Part shown: positions 17,618 to 26,699 of the stretch, piece by piece | Layout of the letters: the number at the start of each line of letters is the position of its first letter | Position numbering within the stretch: position 1 is the first letter of the stretch | Virus record (IMG/VR): IMGVR_UViG_3300034220_000043 | Span: 1 to 54,188 of that record | Source of the DNA: a virus | Taxonomy: Duplodnaviria > Caudoviricetes | Strand: one strand, 5' to 3' | DNA length: 54,188 nucleotides | Program-made: the position numbers and the translations under genes | The notes under the pieces: model-generated | Seen by the model: the letters and a program-made list of their open reading frames with translations, nothing else | What the model was told of the DNA's origin: nothing | Database searches by the model: none

Positions 17618-17898
17618 CCCGAGCGCCTCTCGTCGCGGATGACGTCCATCGCCGAGGTCATGACCTGCTGGGCGGCGGCCAGGACGGGCAGCACCTTGTC
17701 CTGCAGGTCGGCGTTGGCCTTCCGCAGCTCCTCCTCCAGCCGGTCCGCGCGGGCCTGCTCGCGGGTCGCGTTCGCGTTGAGCTGGGTGAAGAGCACGCGG
17801 ACGGCGAGGACGCCGAGCGCGGCGAGGATCCCGAGCGCGCCGTACTGGATGAGCGCCCCGGTGGGGTCGGCGGCTGCCACGGCCGCGGCCGCGGTCAC
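17614..17898 (-). CDS. Holin-like membrane protein
   Basis: LIQYGALG TM helix followed by a coiled coil. Confidence 0.6.
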   Translation of the reverse strand: MTAAAAVAAADPTGALIQYGALGILAALGVLAVRVLFTQLNANATREQARADRLEEELRKANADLQDKVLPVLAAAQQVMTSAMDVIRDERRSG

Positions 17899-18353
17899 GG
17901 CGCCTGCACCCAGACGTCGTTCAGGATGATCGGCAGGGTGATGTCCGCGGTGCGCAGCGCCGACCCGTCCTGCTGGATCCACCCGAGGTCGGCCGCGAGC
18001 GCGGTCCCGCCGCGGCCGAGGAGGTCAACCTGGCAGGCGATCCCGCCGAGGGTGAAGTCGCCGCTGTACGCGGCGACGAGCGCGTCGACGGCGCGGGCGA
18101 GGGTCGTCTCCACCTCGTCGGCCGGTGCGCCCGCCACCGGCTTGTACAGCCGCACGACGAGGGTCACGAGCGCGGAGGTGGCGGCGAGGCCGGAGCCCTG
18201 CGGGAAGGGCCGGATCCGGCGGAGCATCACCGCGCAGGTGACGCCGTGGCCGGGCGGGTTCTTCGGCTCGTGCCCGGACACCCGGTCGAACTCCCCGAGC
18301 GACGAGGCGTGGGACTGGACGGCGGACAGCAGCGCCGCGGTGTCGAGCGCCAT
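17895..18353 (-). CDS. Tail terminator-like protein
   Basis: HEPKNPPG..YSGDFTLGG..VDLLG; position in the neck cluster. Confidence 0.7.
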   Translation of the reverse strand: MALDTAALLSAVQSHASSLGEFDRVSGHEPKNPPGHGVTCAVMLRRIRPFPQGSGLAATSALVTLVVRLYKPVAGAPADEVETTLARAVDALVAAYSGDFTLGGIACQVDLLGRGGTALAADLGWIQQDGSALRTADITLPIILNDVWVQAP

Positions 18354-18748
18354 CACCCACCCCCGAGCCGGCGGATCGCGCGCTGGAGCGCGGCCTGGAC
18401 GATCCGCGGCACCTGGCCCTTGACCTCGTCGTAGGCGCGGCCGAACGACCGGTACCCGGGGAACCCAGGCCGGGCCCGGTTGCGCGCGCTGGTGCCCTCC
18501 AGCCACGGCCCGTACACGATGTCGTTGTCGTGGACCCGGCCGCCGCCGTCGCCGTTGCGGTCGATGTCGATCTGCGTCTCGTAGTACGGGGTCGGCTGCT
18601 GGATCGACTCGTTCAGGTTGGTCATCACGTTCGCGTACAGCTGGTTCGTGACGTCCTCGGCGGCCTCGGCGATGAAGGCGTCGACCGCGGCGTTGCGCTG
18701 CAGCGACGAGAACAGGGGGCCGTCCAAGTCGACCTCGACGTCGGGCAT
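18353..18748 (-). CDS. Neck / tail completion protein (HK97 gp10-like)
   Basis: VYGPWLEG..FPGY motif; position. Confidence 0.65.
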   Translation of the reverse strand: MPDVEVDLDGPLFSSLQRNAAVDAFIAEAAEDVTNQLYANVMTNLNESIQQPTPYYETQIDIDRNGDGGGRVHDNDIVYGPWLEGTSARNRARPGFPGYRSFGRAYDEVKGQVPRIVQAALQRAIRRLGGG

Positions 18749-18930
18749 CAGGGCCACACCCCGGCCAGCCAGTACGCCACGACCAGGAGCAGCCCGATCC
18801 CGCCGTAGAACGCGAGGCCGGCCACGAGGGCGGCGGCCAGGCCCTGCCAGACCGTCCAGCGGCGGCCGGCCTGCTCCTGCGCCCAGGCGTCGAGCAGCGC
18901 GTCGAGCAGCTCGGCGTTGTCGCGGTTCAC
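18748..18930 (-). CDS. Small membrane protein (60 aa)
   Basis: Hydrophobic C-terminal half; coupled to the next gene. Confidence 0.55.
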   Translation of the reverse strand: MNRDNAELLDALLDAWAQEQAGRRWTVWQGLAAALVAGLAFYGGIGLLLVVAYWLAGVWP

Positions 18931-18931
18931 C

Positions 18932-19972
18932 TCAGACCACCCCCTTGCGGGCCTTGCGCCCGTAGCCGGCGTAGACCTCGGCGCGCAGCCCCTTGATCCC
19001 CGTGGCGCTCGCCTGGCGGGCGGCCTCGCCGGAGCCGATGACCCGGGCGTAGCCGGAGGTCTCCTGCTGCAGGGCCCAGAGCGTCTCGGCGATGGCGAGC
19101 GTCCGGACCGGGCCGGGAGGGGCGTGCACCGCGAGCTCGGCGCCGTCGGCGTGCGCCGCTGCGGTCGTGCCGCACGCGCCGCGCACCACGGTCAGTCCGC
19201 GCGGCGCGTAGATCGTGGCGCCGGCGTTGTGTGCCGCGAGGGTCGAGCCGTCCTGGGCTCGGCGGACGATCAGCCGGTCCGCGGCGATGTCGTCGACGAC
19301 CATGCGCTCGGCGTCGATGAGCAGCTGCTCCCCGATCGTGAACTCCGTGCCGTCGTCGACCTCGACCAGCTGGGCGTTGACCTGGCCGACCAGGTCGACG
19401 CCGAGGAGCTGCCCGGTCGCGAGCTGGGAACGGCCGGTCACGACCATGCGCTCGCCGCCGAGCCGGAGGAGATCGCCCACCCCGACCGCGGCGCCGTCGG
19501 ACACGTCGAGCTCCACCTCGGTGCCGTTCACGGCGGCGGTGAGGTTGCCGCCCAGCAGCTCGTCGGCGGTGTAGCCGAAGGTGCCCGTGATGGCGATGGC
19601 GCGCTGGTAGCTGGCCCCGCCGCCGAAGGTGCCCGCGGCCGCAAGGTCCAGCTCGACCCGGTTGTAGGGCGGACCCGACGCCTGCGGCTCGAGGAAGAAC
19701 TCGGTGAGCTCGGCCCCGCCGGAGGTGATGGCGTCGACGCTGATGACCTCGTCGCGGCCGAGCCACAGCCGCCAGCTGGCGCCCATCTGCTCGTTCGGCC
19801 ACGAGAAGGTGCGGGTGCCGGCCGCCGGGTAGAAGTGCCGGTGGCACAGCCGCTCGATGCTGCGCGAGGCCGCGGCCAGTAGCCGGTCGACCTGGCGGTT
19901 GGCCCGGGCGGTCTCGGCGACGTCGAGCGCCTCCTTGACCTGCTCGCGGGTGGCGTAGCTGGGCAGATTCAC
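18932..19972 (-). CDS. Head-to-tail adaptor
   Basis: YATREQVK..AASRSIERLCHRHF..ITGTFGY; internally duplicated GE.L.I..ERMVV module. Confidence 0.75.
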   Translation of the reverse strand: MNLPSYATREQVKEALDVAETARANRQVDRLLAAASRSIERLCHRHFYPAAGTRTFSWPNEQMGASWRLWLGRDEVISVDAITSGGAELTEFFLEPQASGPPYNRVELDLAAAGTFGGGASYQRAIAITGTFGYTADELLGGNLTAAVNGTEVELDVSDGAAVGVGDLLRLGGERMVVTGRSQLATGQLLGVDLVGQVNAQLVEVDDGTEFTIGEQLLIDAERMVVDDIAADRLIVRRAQDGSTLAAHNAGATIYAPRGLTVVRGACGTTAAAHADGAELAVHAPPGPVRTLAIAETLWALQQETSGYARVIGSGEAARQASATGIKGLRAEVYAGYGRKARKGVV

Positions 19973-21693
19973 GACGGCCCCCATCGCGGGTCTTCGTAGC
20001 CGGCGGTGCGCGAGGCCGCGCCCGCGTACTCCCGGCCCTCGTCGAGGACCGCGGCAAGCCCGCCCCAGTCGCCGCCGTTGGTCGGCGGGGCGCCGACGGA
20101 GGTGCCGGGCCGGTAGCCGTCGAACGGGCAGAACAGCTCGCCGCGCGCACCGATCTCGTACGGGGTGCCGTCGTTCGGGCAGGACTGCGGGCGGGGGGCC
20201 GCCTCCGCGTGCACCACGCGCAGGATGGCGAGCAGCCCCCACCAGGAGCCGCGCTCGGGCTGCGGGGTCGAGTCGAGGAACACGGCGGGCTCGTGCGCCT
20301 GCCCGATACCGACGGCCGGGGCTGCCACTGCAGTGCGCTCGGTGCCGCTCGTGGAGACGTCCGGCGCCACGGCGCTGCCGGTGCCGAGCGCGAGCGCGGC
20401 TGCCGTGGCGATGCTGATCCCGGGCGCGTGCGCAGACCCGGTCGCCGTGGCGAGGGTGGCTGCGAGGGACAGGCGGATGTCGGGCTGGTGCGCGGCGGCG
20501 GTGCCCGCGGCGGCTCCTGCCGGTGCGCTGCCCGCGGTGGTGACCGCGCCGGCGTGGGCCTGGCCCGTGCCCACGGCGTGGCCGGCCGGTGCACCGACGC
20601 TGGCGACGGCGGACACCGCGACCTGGTGCGCGCTGCCGGCGCCGCTCGCGTGGGCGGCGGCCGCGATCAGGGAGGTGGTGAGGGCGGGCGGGTGTGCGCT
20701 GCCGCTGCCCGCGGCGTGGCCGGCCGAGGCGCTGCCGTCCGCGACCACCGAGGCCGGGCTCGCGGCCCCACTGCCGGAGGCGCGCCTGGCCGCCGCTGTC
20801 AGCGTCACGGACGTCGTCGCAGCGGCGCCGGCACCTGTAGCGAGGCCCGCCGTGGCGGCGAGGCGCACGGAGGTCTGAGCCGCTGTGCCGGTGCCGGCAG
20901 CGTGTCCGGCTGCGGCGGCCAGCGCGACTGCGGGGGAGGCGGACGTGCCGGTGCCCGACGCGGATCCAGCCACCGCGGTGGTGCCGCCGCCCGTCGTGGC
21001 GACCGCCGGCTGGTGCGCACTGCCCGTCCCAGCCGCGCGAGCTGCGGCCATCGTCGACGGGTCGGTCGTGACGAGCGCCGCGTAGCCGTTGGCGCTGGCG
21101 TCCCCGTAGGTGATCGTCGCAGTACGCGCGGCCGCGGCCGACGCGGTGAACGAGGCGAACGTGACCGACACGACCGGGGCAGTAGCCCCCGACTCCTGAT
21201 GGTCGATCGTCGTGACGGTCTCGCTGCCCGTCGAGGTGATCGAGTTGACCACGGTCGGCGTCGCGGTGGTGCGCTCCACCCCGATGACGGAGACGAGCTG
21301 CCCGGCTGCCGGGGTGAGGGATCCGGTGGTCGACGCGGCGCTGGAGCCGCCGCGGACGGCCGGCGCGACCGAGCTGCCGCGGAAGGTGTAGACGTCCTGG
21401 TAGTAGTGGCCGAGCGCGATCTGCTTGCTGGTCGTGAACGTGACGGTGACGGTGTCGCCTGCGGTGAGGCCGTGGCCGGTGAACACGCTGACGCGGCAGT
21501 TGCCCGCGGCGCGCTCGTCGAGCTTGGCGAACGTCGAGCCACCGGGGCCGGACAGCGCCGAAGCGGTGTCCACCCCGTCGGCGGTGCCGAAGGCGAACAA
21601 GCCGGCCATCACGGGGGTGACCCCGGTGGGGACGGTGAAGGTGTGCACGAGGTTCGCGCCTCGGACCACAAGGGTCCCGATGATCGTGGTCAT
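19969..21693 (-). CDS. Ala/Thr/Gly-rich repetitive virion protein with C-terminal CPNDG..CPFDG domain
   Basis: Repeated A.G.AxGxGxAHxP units; GC3-rich codons. Confidence 0.7.
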   Translation of the reverse strand: MTTIIGTLVVRGANLVHTFTVPTGVTPVMAGLFAFGTADGVDTASALSGPGGSTFAKLDERAAGNCRVSVFTGHGLTAGDTVTVTFTTSKQIALGHYYQDVYTFRGSSVAPAVRGGSSAASTTGSLTPAAGQLVSVIGVERTTATPTVVNSITSTGSETVTTIDHQESGATAPVVSVTFASFTASAAAARTATITYGDASANGYAALVTTDPSTMAAARAAGTGSAHQPAVATTGGGTTAVAGSASGTGTSASPAVALAAAAGHAAGTGTAAQTSVRLAATAGLATGAGAAATTSVTLTAAARRASGSGAASPASVVADGSASAGHAAGSGSAHPPALTTSLIAAAAHASGAGSAHQVAVSAVASVGAPAGHAVGTGQAHAGAVTTAGSAPAGAAAGTAAAHQPDIRLSLAATLATATGSAHAPGISIATAAALALGTGSAVAPDVSTSGTERTAVAAPAVGIGQAHEPAVFLDSTPQPERGSWWGLLAILRVVHAEAAPRPQSCPNDGTPYEIGARGELFCPFDGYRPGTSVGAPPTNGGDWGGLAAVLDEGREYAGAASRTAGYEDPRWGPS

Positions 21694-21744
21694 GCTGTTC
21701 TCACCGCCCCTCTCGACGCTGGCTCAGGACTCGGTTGGTGCAGG

Positions 21745-22212
21745 TCAGAGGGTCAGCGAGAGGATCCCGGACGCGTTCCACTGGATGGTGAGCGTCCCGG
21801 CGGTCACCGACTGGGAGCCGCCGAAGTAGTTGAAGCAGAGGCCCTGGTCAGCGACCGGCGTGGTGAGCGTGTCGTCGTAGACGAGGCAGCCGAAGGCGGC
21901 GGTGATCGTGGCCGCGGAGCCGTTGGCGAGGTCGGCGGCGTCGAAGGTGTAGACGTTCGACGCGAACGCCGACGTGACCGACGCCAGCGCGAGGCCACCC
22001 GCGGACCAGCCGCCGTTGGACAGCTCGTTGCCGGTCGTCCACTGGCCGGTGTTGTAGCCGGTCGAGGCGGCCGCGGCGGTCTGGTCGGGGGTGCCGGTGT
22101 TGCCGTAGAGCGCGGCCTTGATCGTGTCGCTGTTGACGTCGAACGCGGCGGTGCCGTTGAGGGCGTCGGTGACGAACGCCGAGAAGATCTTCGATGCGGT
22201 CCCGAAGGCCAT
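21745..22212 (-). CDS. Virion structural protein
   Basis: DTIKAAL..FDAADL..LVYDDT..FGGSQSVTAGTLTIQWNASGI; AGGAG RBS. Confidence 0.75.
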   Translation of the reverse strand: MAFGTASKIFSAFVTDALNGTAAFDVNSDTIKAALYGNTGTPDQTAAAASTGYNTGQWTTGNELSNGGWSAGGLALASVTSAFASNVYTFDAADLANGSAATITAAFGCLVYDDTLTTPVADQGLCFNYFGGSQSVTAGTLTIQWNASGILSLTL

Positions 22213-22214
22213 GG

Positions 22215-22523
22215 TCAGCTCCTGTGTGCGGTGGCGGTGGGGGCGAACACGACCGCGTCGGTGCCTTCGTCCCTGGTGACGGTCACGCTCATGACGGGCC
22301 GGCCGTTGTGCAGCTGCACGAGGTCCCCGGCGATGTAGTCCTCCCGCTCCCGTACCTCGACCTTCGACGACGTCCCGGCGGGGACCATCGGCGTGGTGAG
22401 GCCGCCCAGACCGGCGCACGGGTGCATGCGGGTGTGCGCACCGTGCTGGCGGGTGACGTCGGTGAAGGGGCAGCTGGAGCACTCCCAGCGGCGCTCCGGC
22501 GGAGCGAGGAGGACGGCCTTCAT
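22215..22523 (-). CDS. Hypothetical protein (Cys/His motif)
   Basis: WECSSC..HPC..EREDYI; coupled ORF. Confidence 0.7.
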   Translation of the reverse strand: MKAVLLAPPERRWECSSCPFTDVTRQHGAHTRMHPCAGLGGLTTPMVPAGTSSKVEVREREDYIAGDLVQLHNGRPVMSVTVTRDEGTDAVVFAPTATAHRS

Positions 22524-22722
22524 CCCGCCTGCACCGTGACGTTCTCGGTGGGCTCGACGAAGGTGTGGTCGGCGCGGCGGGCCTCGGCGAGCGCGGCCTC
22601 GGCCTGCTCGACACCCTCGCGCGCGCCGTCGAGGTGGGTCTCCAGCTTGTCGACCTTCGCCTTGGCCGCGTCGAGCGCGGCCTCGTGCTGGGTGATGACC
22701 TGGGCGGCGTAGTCCTTGTCGT

Positions 22723-22726
<4 letters not shown>
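22520..22726 (-). CDS. Small coiled-coil protein
   Basis: GAAGGAG RBS; GTGA/ATGA coupling. Confidence 0.7.
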
Positions 22727-22938
<212 letters not shown>

Positions 22939-23042
22939 GCCGTCCTCCTGCTGTCTGAATGGCCCGCTGAGCGGGCGGTAGGGCGAGGGGTGCACCGGCG
23001 GGCCCCGAGGGGGCGTGGGCGGTCGAAGCCCGCCGGTGCGGA

Positions 23043-23498
23043 TCAGGCCGCGACCACGGAGGCGCCGTTGTCGAGCGGCACGTAGGTGATGACCCAGGTG
23101 ATCGCGCCGTCGGAGCCGGCCGAGACCTGCTCGAGCGAGCCCGCGGTCAGCACGATCGGCTGCTTGATCGTCGGCACCGCGCCGGGGCCGGTGAGGATGG
23201 AGTCCCCGACCAGGCCCTGGAAGCCCAGCAGGTTGCCCGCCGGGGTGTCGGTGGTGCCGATGTCGGTCGCGGCGCACAGGTCCCGCGTCGTCCCGACGGT
23301 GGGGTTGTGCTGCAGCTTGTAGCTGTTCGCCACCGTGATCGCCGTGGTGACCTCGCCGACGATGCTGGTGATGGCGACCTTGCCGCCGGCCACGGTGAAC
23401 AGCGCCGAGGTGGCGGCCGACAGGGTGCCGGTGGCCTTCTCCACGCGGGTGCCCAGCGCGAGCGCCCGCACCTGGTCACCCTGGACGAGGGTGCTCAC
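23043..23498 (-). CDS. Capsid decoration-like protein
   Basis: LFTVAGGKV..GEVTT..YVPLDNGA; follows the capsid gene. Confidence 0.6.
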   Translation of the reverse strand: MSTLVQGDQVRALALGTRVEKATGTLSAATSALFTVAGGKVAITSIVGEVTTAITVANSYKLQHNPTVGTTRDLCAATDIGTTDTPAGNLLGFQGLVGDSILTGPGAVPTIKQPIVLTAGSLEQVSAGSDGAITWVITYVPLDNGASVVAA

Positions 23499-23917
23499 GC
23501 GATCACCGAGGCCAGGCTGGCCGGGGTGGCCTGGTACTTGAGGTCGTGGAGGAGCGCCAGGACGGTGCCCGTCGAGGTGCTGGTGCACTTCACGTAGGCG
23601 TGGCCGTCGGGCAGCTGCTCGGCCCGGATGGTGATGGTCGCGACCTTCGAGTCGGCGGTCACGGCGGTCGCCGCCGCGGCCTGCGAGGTCGTCGACCAGG
23701 CGCCGCCCGCGGCCGCGGCGGTGTTGAACTTCGTGACCTTGGTCAGGTTCGCCGCGCCGGTGCCGGCCGCGTCCTGCGCGGAGGCCACGGTGAAGGTGTC
23801 GCCGGCGCCCAGCTGGCCGACGAACGTGACGGCGCCGGCCTCACGCAGCGAGACGTACACGCCGTCGGCGGTGTGCACGAGGTTGAAGAGACGGCCGATC
23901 GGGTCGCCTGCGGACAT
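23495..23917 (-). CDS. Capsid-associated (decoration/cement-like) protein
   Basis: Immediately after the major capsid gene; beta-rich, Ala/Thr-rich. Confidence 0.6.
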   Translation of the reverse strand: MSAGDPIGRLFNLVHTADGVYVSLREAGAVTFVGQLGAGDTFTVASAQDAAGTGAANLTKVTKFNTAAAAGGAWSTTSQAAAATAVTADSKVATITIRAEQLPDGHAYVKCTSTSTGTVLALLHDLKYQATPASLASVIA

Positions 23918-23932
23918 GTTCTGCTCCGATCT

Positions 23933-24002
23933 CCCGCCCGGGTTTCACGACGGGCGGGGCGGGGAGGGCAGGGCGGGCCGGGTGTTGAGGACCGGCCCGC
24001 CC
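23933..24002 (-). terminator. Two tandem hairpins after the major capsid gene
   Basis: gggcgggccgg/ccggcccgccc (23971-24002) and cccgcccg/cgggcggg (23933-23958). Confidence 0.6.
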
Positions 24003-24014
24003 GTGGGGGTTGGG

Positions 24015-25349
24015 TCAGGCCCGGGTCGCGAGCTGCACGAAGGGCGACAGCGTGCCGGCGCCCTTGTTCGGGGTGATCGCGTTCTTGATCCACGGCCGGC
24101 CGTCGACGCGCTCGATGATCCGGTAGGCCGTCGAGTCGACGTTGAACTTGAAGTGCTCGCTGGTCATCGCCGTCATCGACTGCCGGTCACCGATGAGGTA
24201 GTAGCCCAGGTCGACGAAGTTGATGTCGCCCGCGAGGCCGAGGGTCTCGGCCTTCTCGGTGAAGATGACCGGCCGGCCGAGGATGGTCATGGGCGGGCCG
24301 TCGACGCCCGAGCCCAGCCACACCGCGGAGCCGCCGGTGCCGACGCTCAGCGCCATCGTGGCGAGCTCGGGGAAGGTGTCGATGTTGGCGATCCACACCG
24401 CGTTGGCCAGCGCGGACGGCAGCATCCGCGCGTACATCTTGACGATGTTCTCCCAGACGATGGAGCCCGCCGCCTGGCCGGCCTCCTTCGCCACGGCGAC
24501 CCGCGCGGTGTTGCCCGCGTTGAGGAAGCCCAGGGGCTCACCGACGCCCGAGCCGCGCATGAACGCGACGTCCTCGAACCAGGCGAGCGCCTCGGGGAAC
24601 AGCTGGTCGACGAACGCGCTGACGCTGACCGCGGAGTCGGCGAGCAGCTCGTTGGGGATCTCGGCGTAGCCGGTGAGCTTCTGCGCGTCCAGGGTGACCG
24701 ACCCGAACTTCGCCGAGCTGGCGACCAGCGCGGCGGCCTCCTCGGTCCAGTAGCCCACGACGCCGCCGTAGACGCTGGAGGCGTTGGACTGGGCGTCGAT
24801 CATCGGGAACTTGATCCGCGGCGTCGCCATCGGGATGACCCGCGCGCGGGGCCGCACGATCGCGGACTCGAGCGCGACGCGCAGCAGCTCGGCCCGGAAC
24901 TCCTCCGGCACCAGGAAGCCACCCTCGGAGGGGATCGTGGTGCTGTAGTCGTTGCGGATCTGGCCGAGGCGCTCGGCGGCCGGCCGGTCGCCCTTGCGCT
25001 CGTCGAACAGCGCCTTGAGCAGGTCGCCGGTCGACTCGAACTTGCCGTCGAGCTGGGCGCCCGGGGCGTGCCGGTTGTGGTGCTGGCCGCGGTTGCGCGC
25101 GACGGGGGAGTCCGGGCGCAGGTCGGGCCGGTTGGTGACCGGCTGGTCCTTGAGGAACTCGGCGAGGGTGGCCTGCACCTGCTCCTGCACCTGCAGGCCG
25201 AGTGCGGCGTCCTTCTCGGCGACGGCGGTGGCGTAGTTCTTCACGAACTCGCCGAGGTCACCTCCGTCGAAGATCGCCTTGAGCTTGCCGTCGTCGCCGA
25301 GCATCTCCTCGAGCTCGGCGGCGGACGTGGGGATGACCGTGCTCGTCAT
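24015..25349 (-). CDS. Major capsid protein (HK97 fold)
   Basis: SEGGFLVPEEF..NELLADS..GSGVGEPLG..ILGRPV..ERVDG. Confidence 0.95.
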   Translation of the reverse strand: MTSTVIPTSAAELEEMLGDDGKLKAIFDGGDLGEFVKNYATAVAEKDAALGLQVQEQVQATLAEFLKDQPVTNRPDLRPDSPVARNRGQHHNRHAPGAQLDGKFESTGDLLKALFDERKGDRPAAERLGQIRNDYSTTIPSEGGFLVPEEFRAELLRVALESAIVRPRARVIPMATPRIKFPMIDAQSNASSVYGGVVGYWTEEAAALVASSAKFGSVTLDAQKLTGYAEIPNELLADSAVSVSAFVDQLFPEALAWFEDVAFMRGSGVGEPLGFLNAGNTARVAVAKEAGQAAGSIVWENIVKMYARMLPSALANAVWIANIDTFPELATMALSVGTGGSAVWLGSGVDGPPMTILGRPVIFTEKAETLGLAGDINFVDLGYYLIGDRQSMTAMTSEHFKFNVDSTAYRIIERVDGRPWIKNAITPNKGAGTLSPFVQLATRA

Positions 25350-26170
25350 CGTGTCGCCTCTCGGATGGCCGAGCGAAGGAGCTCGGGGTCGAACGGCGCC
25401 GCGGGGAGGGGCGGTGCCGGTGGTGCGGGGAGCGCAGCCGTGGGGAGCGCGGCTGCGGGTGCTGCGTCCTCGACCGGCGGAGCGCCGGCGTCGGGGGTCG
25501 GGGTGGGCTCGGCCGGCTGCTCGACCGGGCCCGGCGCCAGGCGCGCGGCCACGGGCTCGGCCGGGACGCGGGCAGGCAGCTGGGCGACCTCGTCGGCGAG
25601 CCCAGCCGCGACGGCCTGAGCGGCCGTGTACCAGGTTTCCTCGGCGACAGCGGCCCGCCAGGTGGCGACGTCGCCGCCGGCGCGCTGCGCGTACATGGCG
25701 GCAACGTCGTCGTTGGTCTGGTCGAGCATCGCGGCGGTGCGCCGCATGTCGCCGGCGGTGCCCCAGGCGATCGAGCTGGCCTCGTGGATCATCAGCTGCG
25801 ACCCGGCGCCCATGACGATCCGGTCGCCGCCCATCGCGACCACCGACGCGGCGCTGGCAGCGAGGCCGTCGACGCAGATGGTCACGGTGGCCGGATGCCG
25901 GGCGAGCATGCCGGCGATGGCGACGCCCTCGAAGTAGTCCCCGCCCGGGCTGTTGAGCCGCACGGTGATGGCCTGCACGTTGCCGAGCTCGGCCAACGCG
26001 GCGGCGACGTCCTGCGCGGACACGCCCCAGCAGTCGCCCCAGGAGTCGATGACGTCGTAGATGAGGATCTCGCCGGCGCCGGTGGTGGGGGCGAGCGCGC
26101 GGACGCCCTCGCGGACCTGCGCCGGAACGAGGTTCGTCCAGCGGCTGCGCGGGATGCGGGTGTCGGTCAT
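25346..26170 (-). CDS. ClpP-type head maturation protease
   Basis: RLNSPGG..DGLAASAAS..MIH..ETWYTA..GLAD. Confidence 0.92.
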   Translation of the reverse strand: MTDTRIPRSRWTNLVPAQVREGVRALAPTTGAGEILIYDVIDSWGDCWGVSAQDVAAALAELGNVQAITVRLNSPGGDYFEGVAIAGMLARHPATVTICVDGLAASAASVVAMGGDRIVMGAGSQLMIHEASSIAWGTAGDMRRTAAMLDQTNDDVAAMYAQRAGGDVATWRAAVAEETWYTAAQAVAAGLADEVAQLPARVPAEPVAARLAPGPVEQPAEPTPTPDAGAPPVEDAAPAAALPTAALPAPPAPPLPAAPFDPELLRSAIREATR

Positions 26171-26532
26171 CAGACCCGCTCCGGCCAGTGCCAGGTGCCG
26201 CCGCGGTGGTGGTCCTCGGTCCAGCCGCAGCCGCAGTAGCGCAGCGGGTCGCCGTGGTCGGACAGGGTCGGGCAGTCCGGCGCGCCCGACGCGCCCTTCC
26301 CCTCGTCGTGCTCGGCCCGCTTGAAGAACAAGCCGGTCGGGTTGAGTACGCACAGCCCCACCACCGGGACGGCGGAGTCGTGCTCGCGCTGCTGCTCGGT
26401 GACGTCCGGGAGCAGGCCCGGCCCGACCTCGGTGATGATCGCGGCTCGGCACTGCGAGGTGTACTCGCCGCCTGGGGTGCCGTAGCTGACGTAGTGCACG
26501 ATGCGGCCGACGCTCGGCACGGGGTTGGTCAC
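26170..26532 (-). CDS. Conserved hypothetical phage protein
   Basis: PSVGRIVHY..RAAIITEV..GTWHWPER. Confidence 0.75.
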   Translation of the reverse strand: MTNPVPSVGRIVHYVSYGTPGGEYTSQCRAAIITEVGPGLLPDVTEQQREHDSAVPVVGLCVLNPTGLFFKRAEHDEGKGASGAPDCPTLSDHGDPLRYCGCGWTEDHHRGGTWHWPERV

Positions 26533-26699
26533 TGGCTCTCGCCCTTCTTCACCACGTCGCGGATCCACTTCGGGAGCGCCGCGTACGTGTCGTGGGGTTG
26601 CGCCTCCTCGGCCAGCCGGAACCGGTCGTCCAGGCTCAGGTCGTCGGGGGGCAGCGCGTGCAGGGCGGCCGCGATGCGGTGCGACAGCTCGGGGGTCAT
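26529..26699 (-). CDS. Small protein (56 aa), candidate immunity protein
   Basis: MTPELSHRIAAALH...LPKWIRDVVKKGESQ; ATGA overlap with the portal-fusion stop. Confidence 0.65.
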   Translation of the reverse strand: MTPELSHRIAAALHALPPDDLSLDDRFRLAEEAQPHDTYAALPKWIRDVVKKGESQ

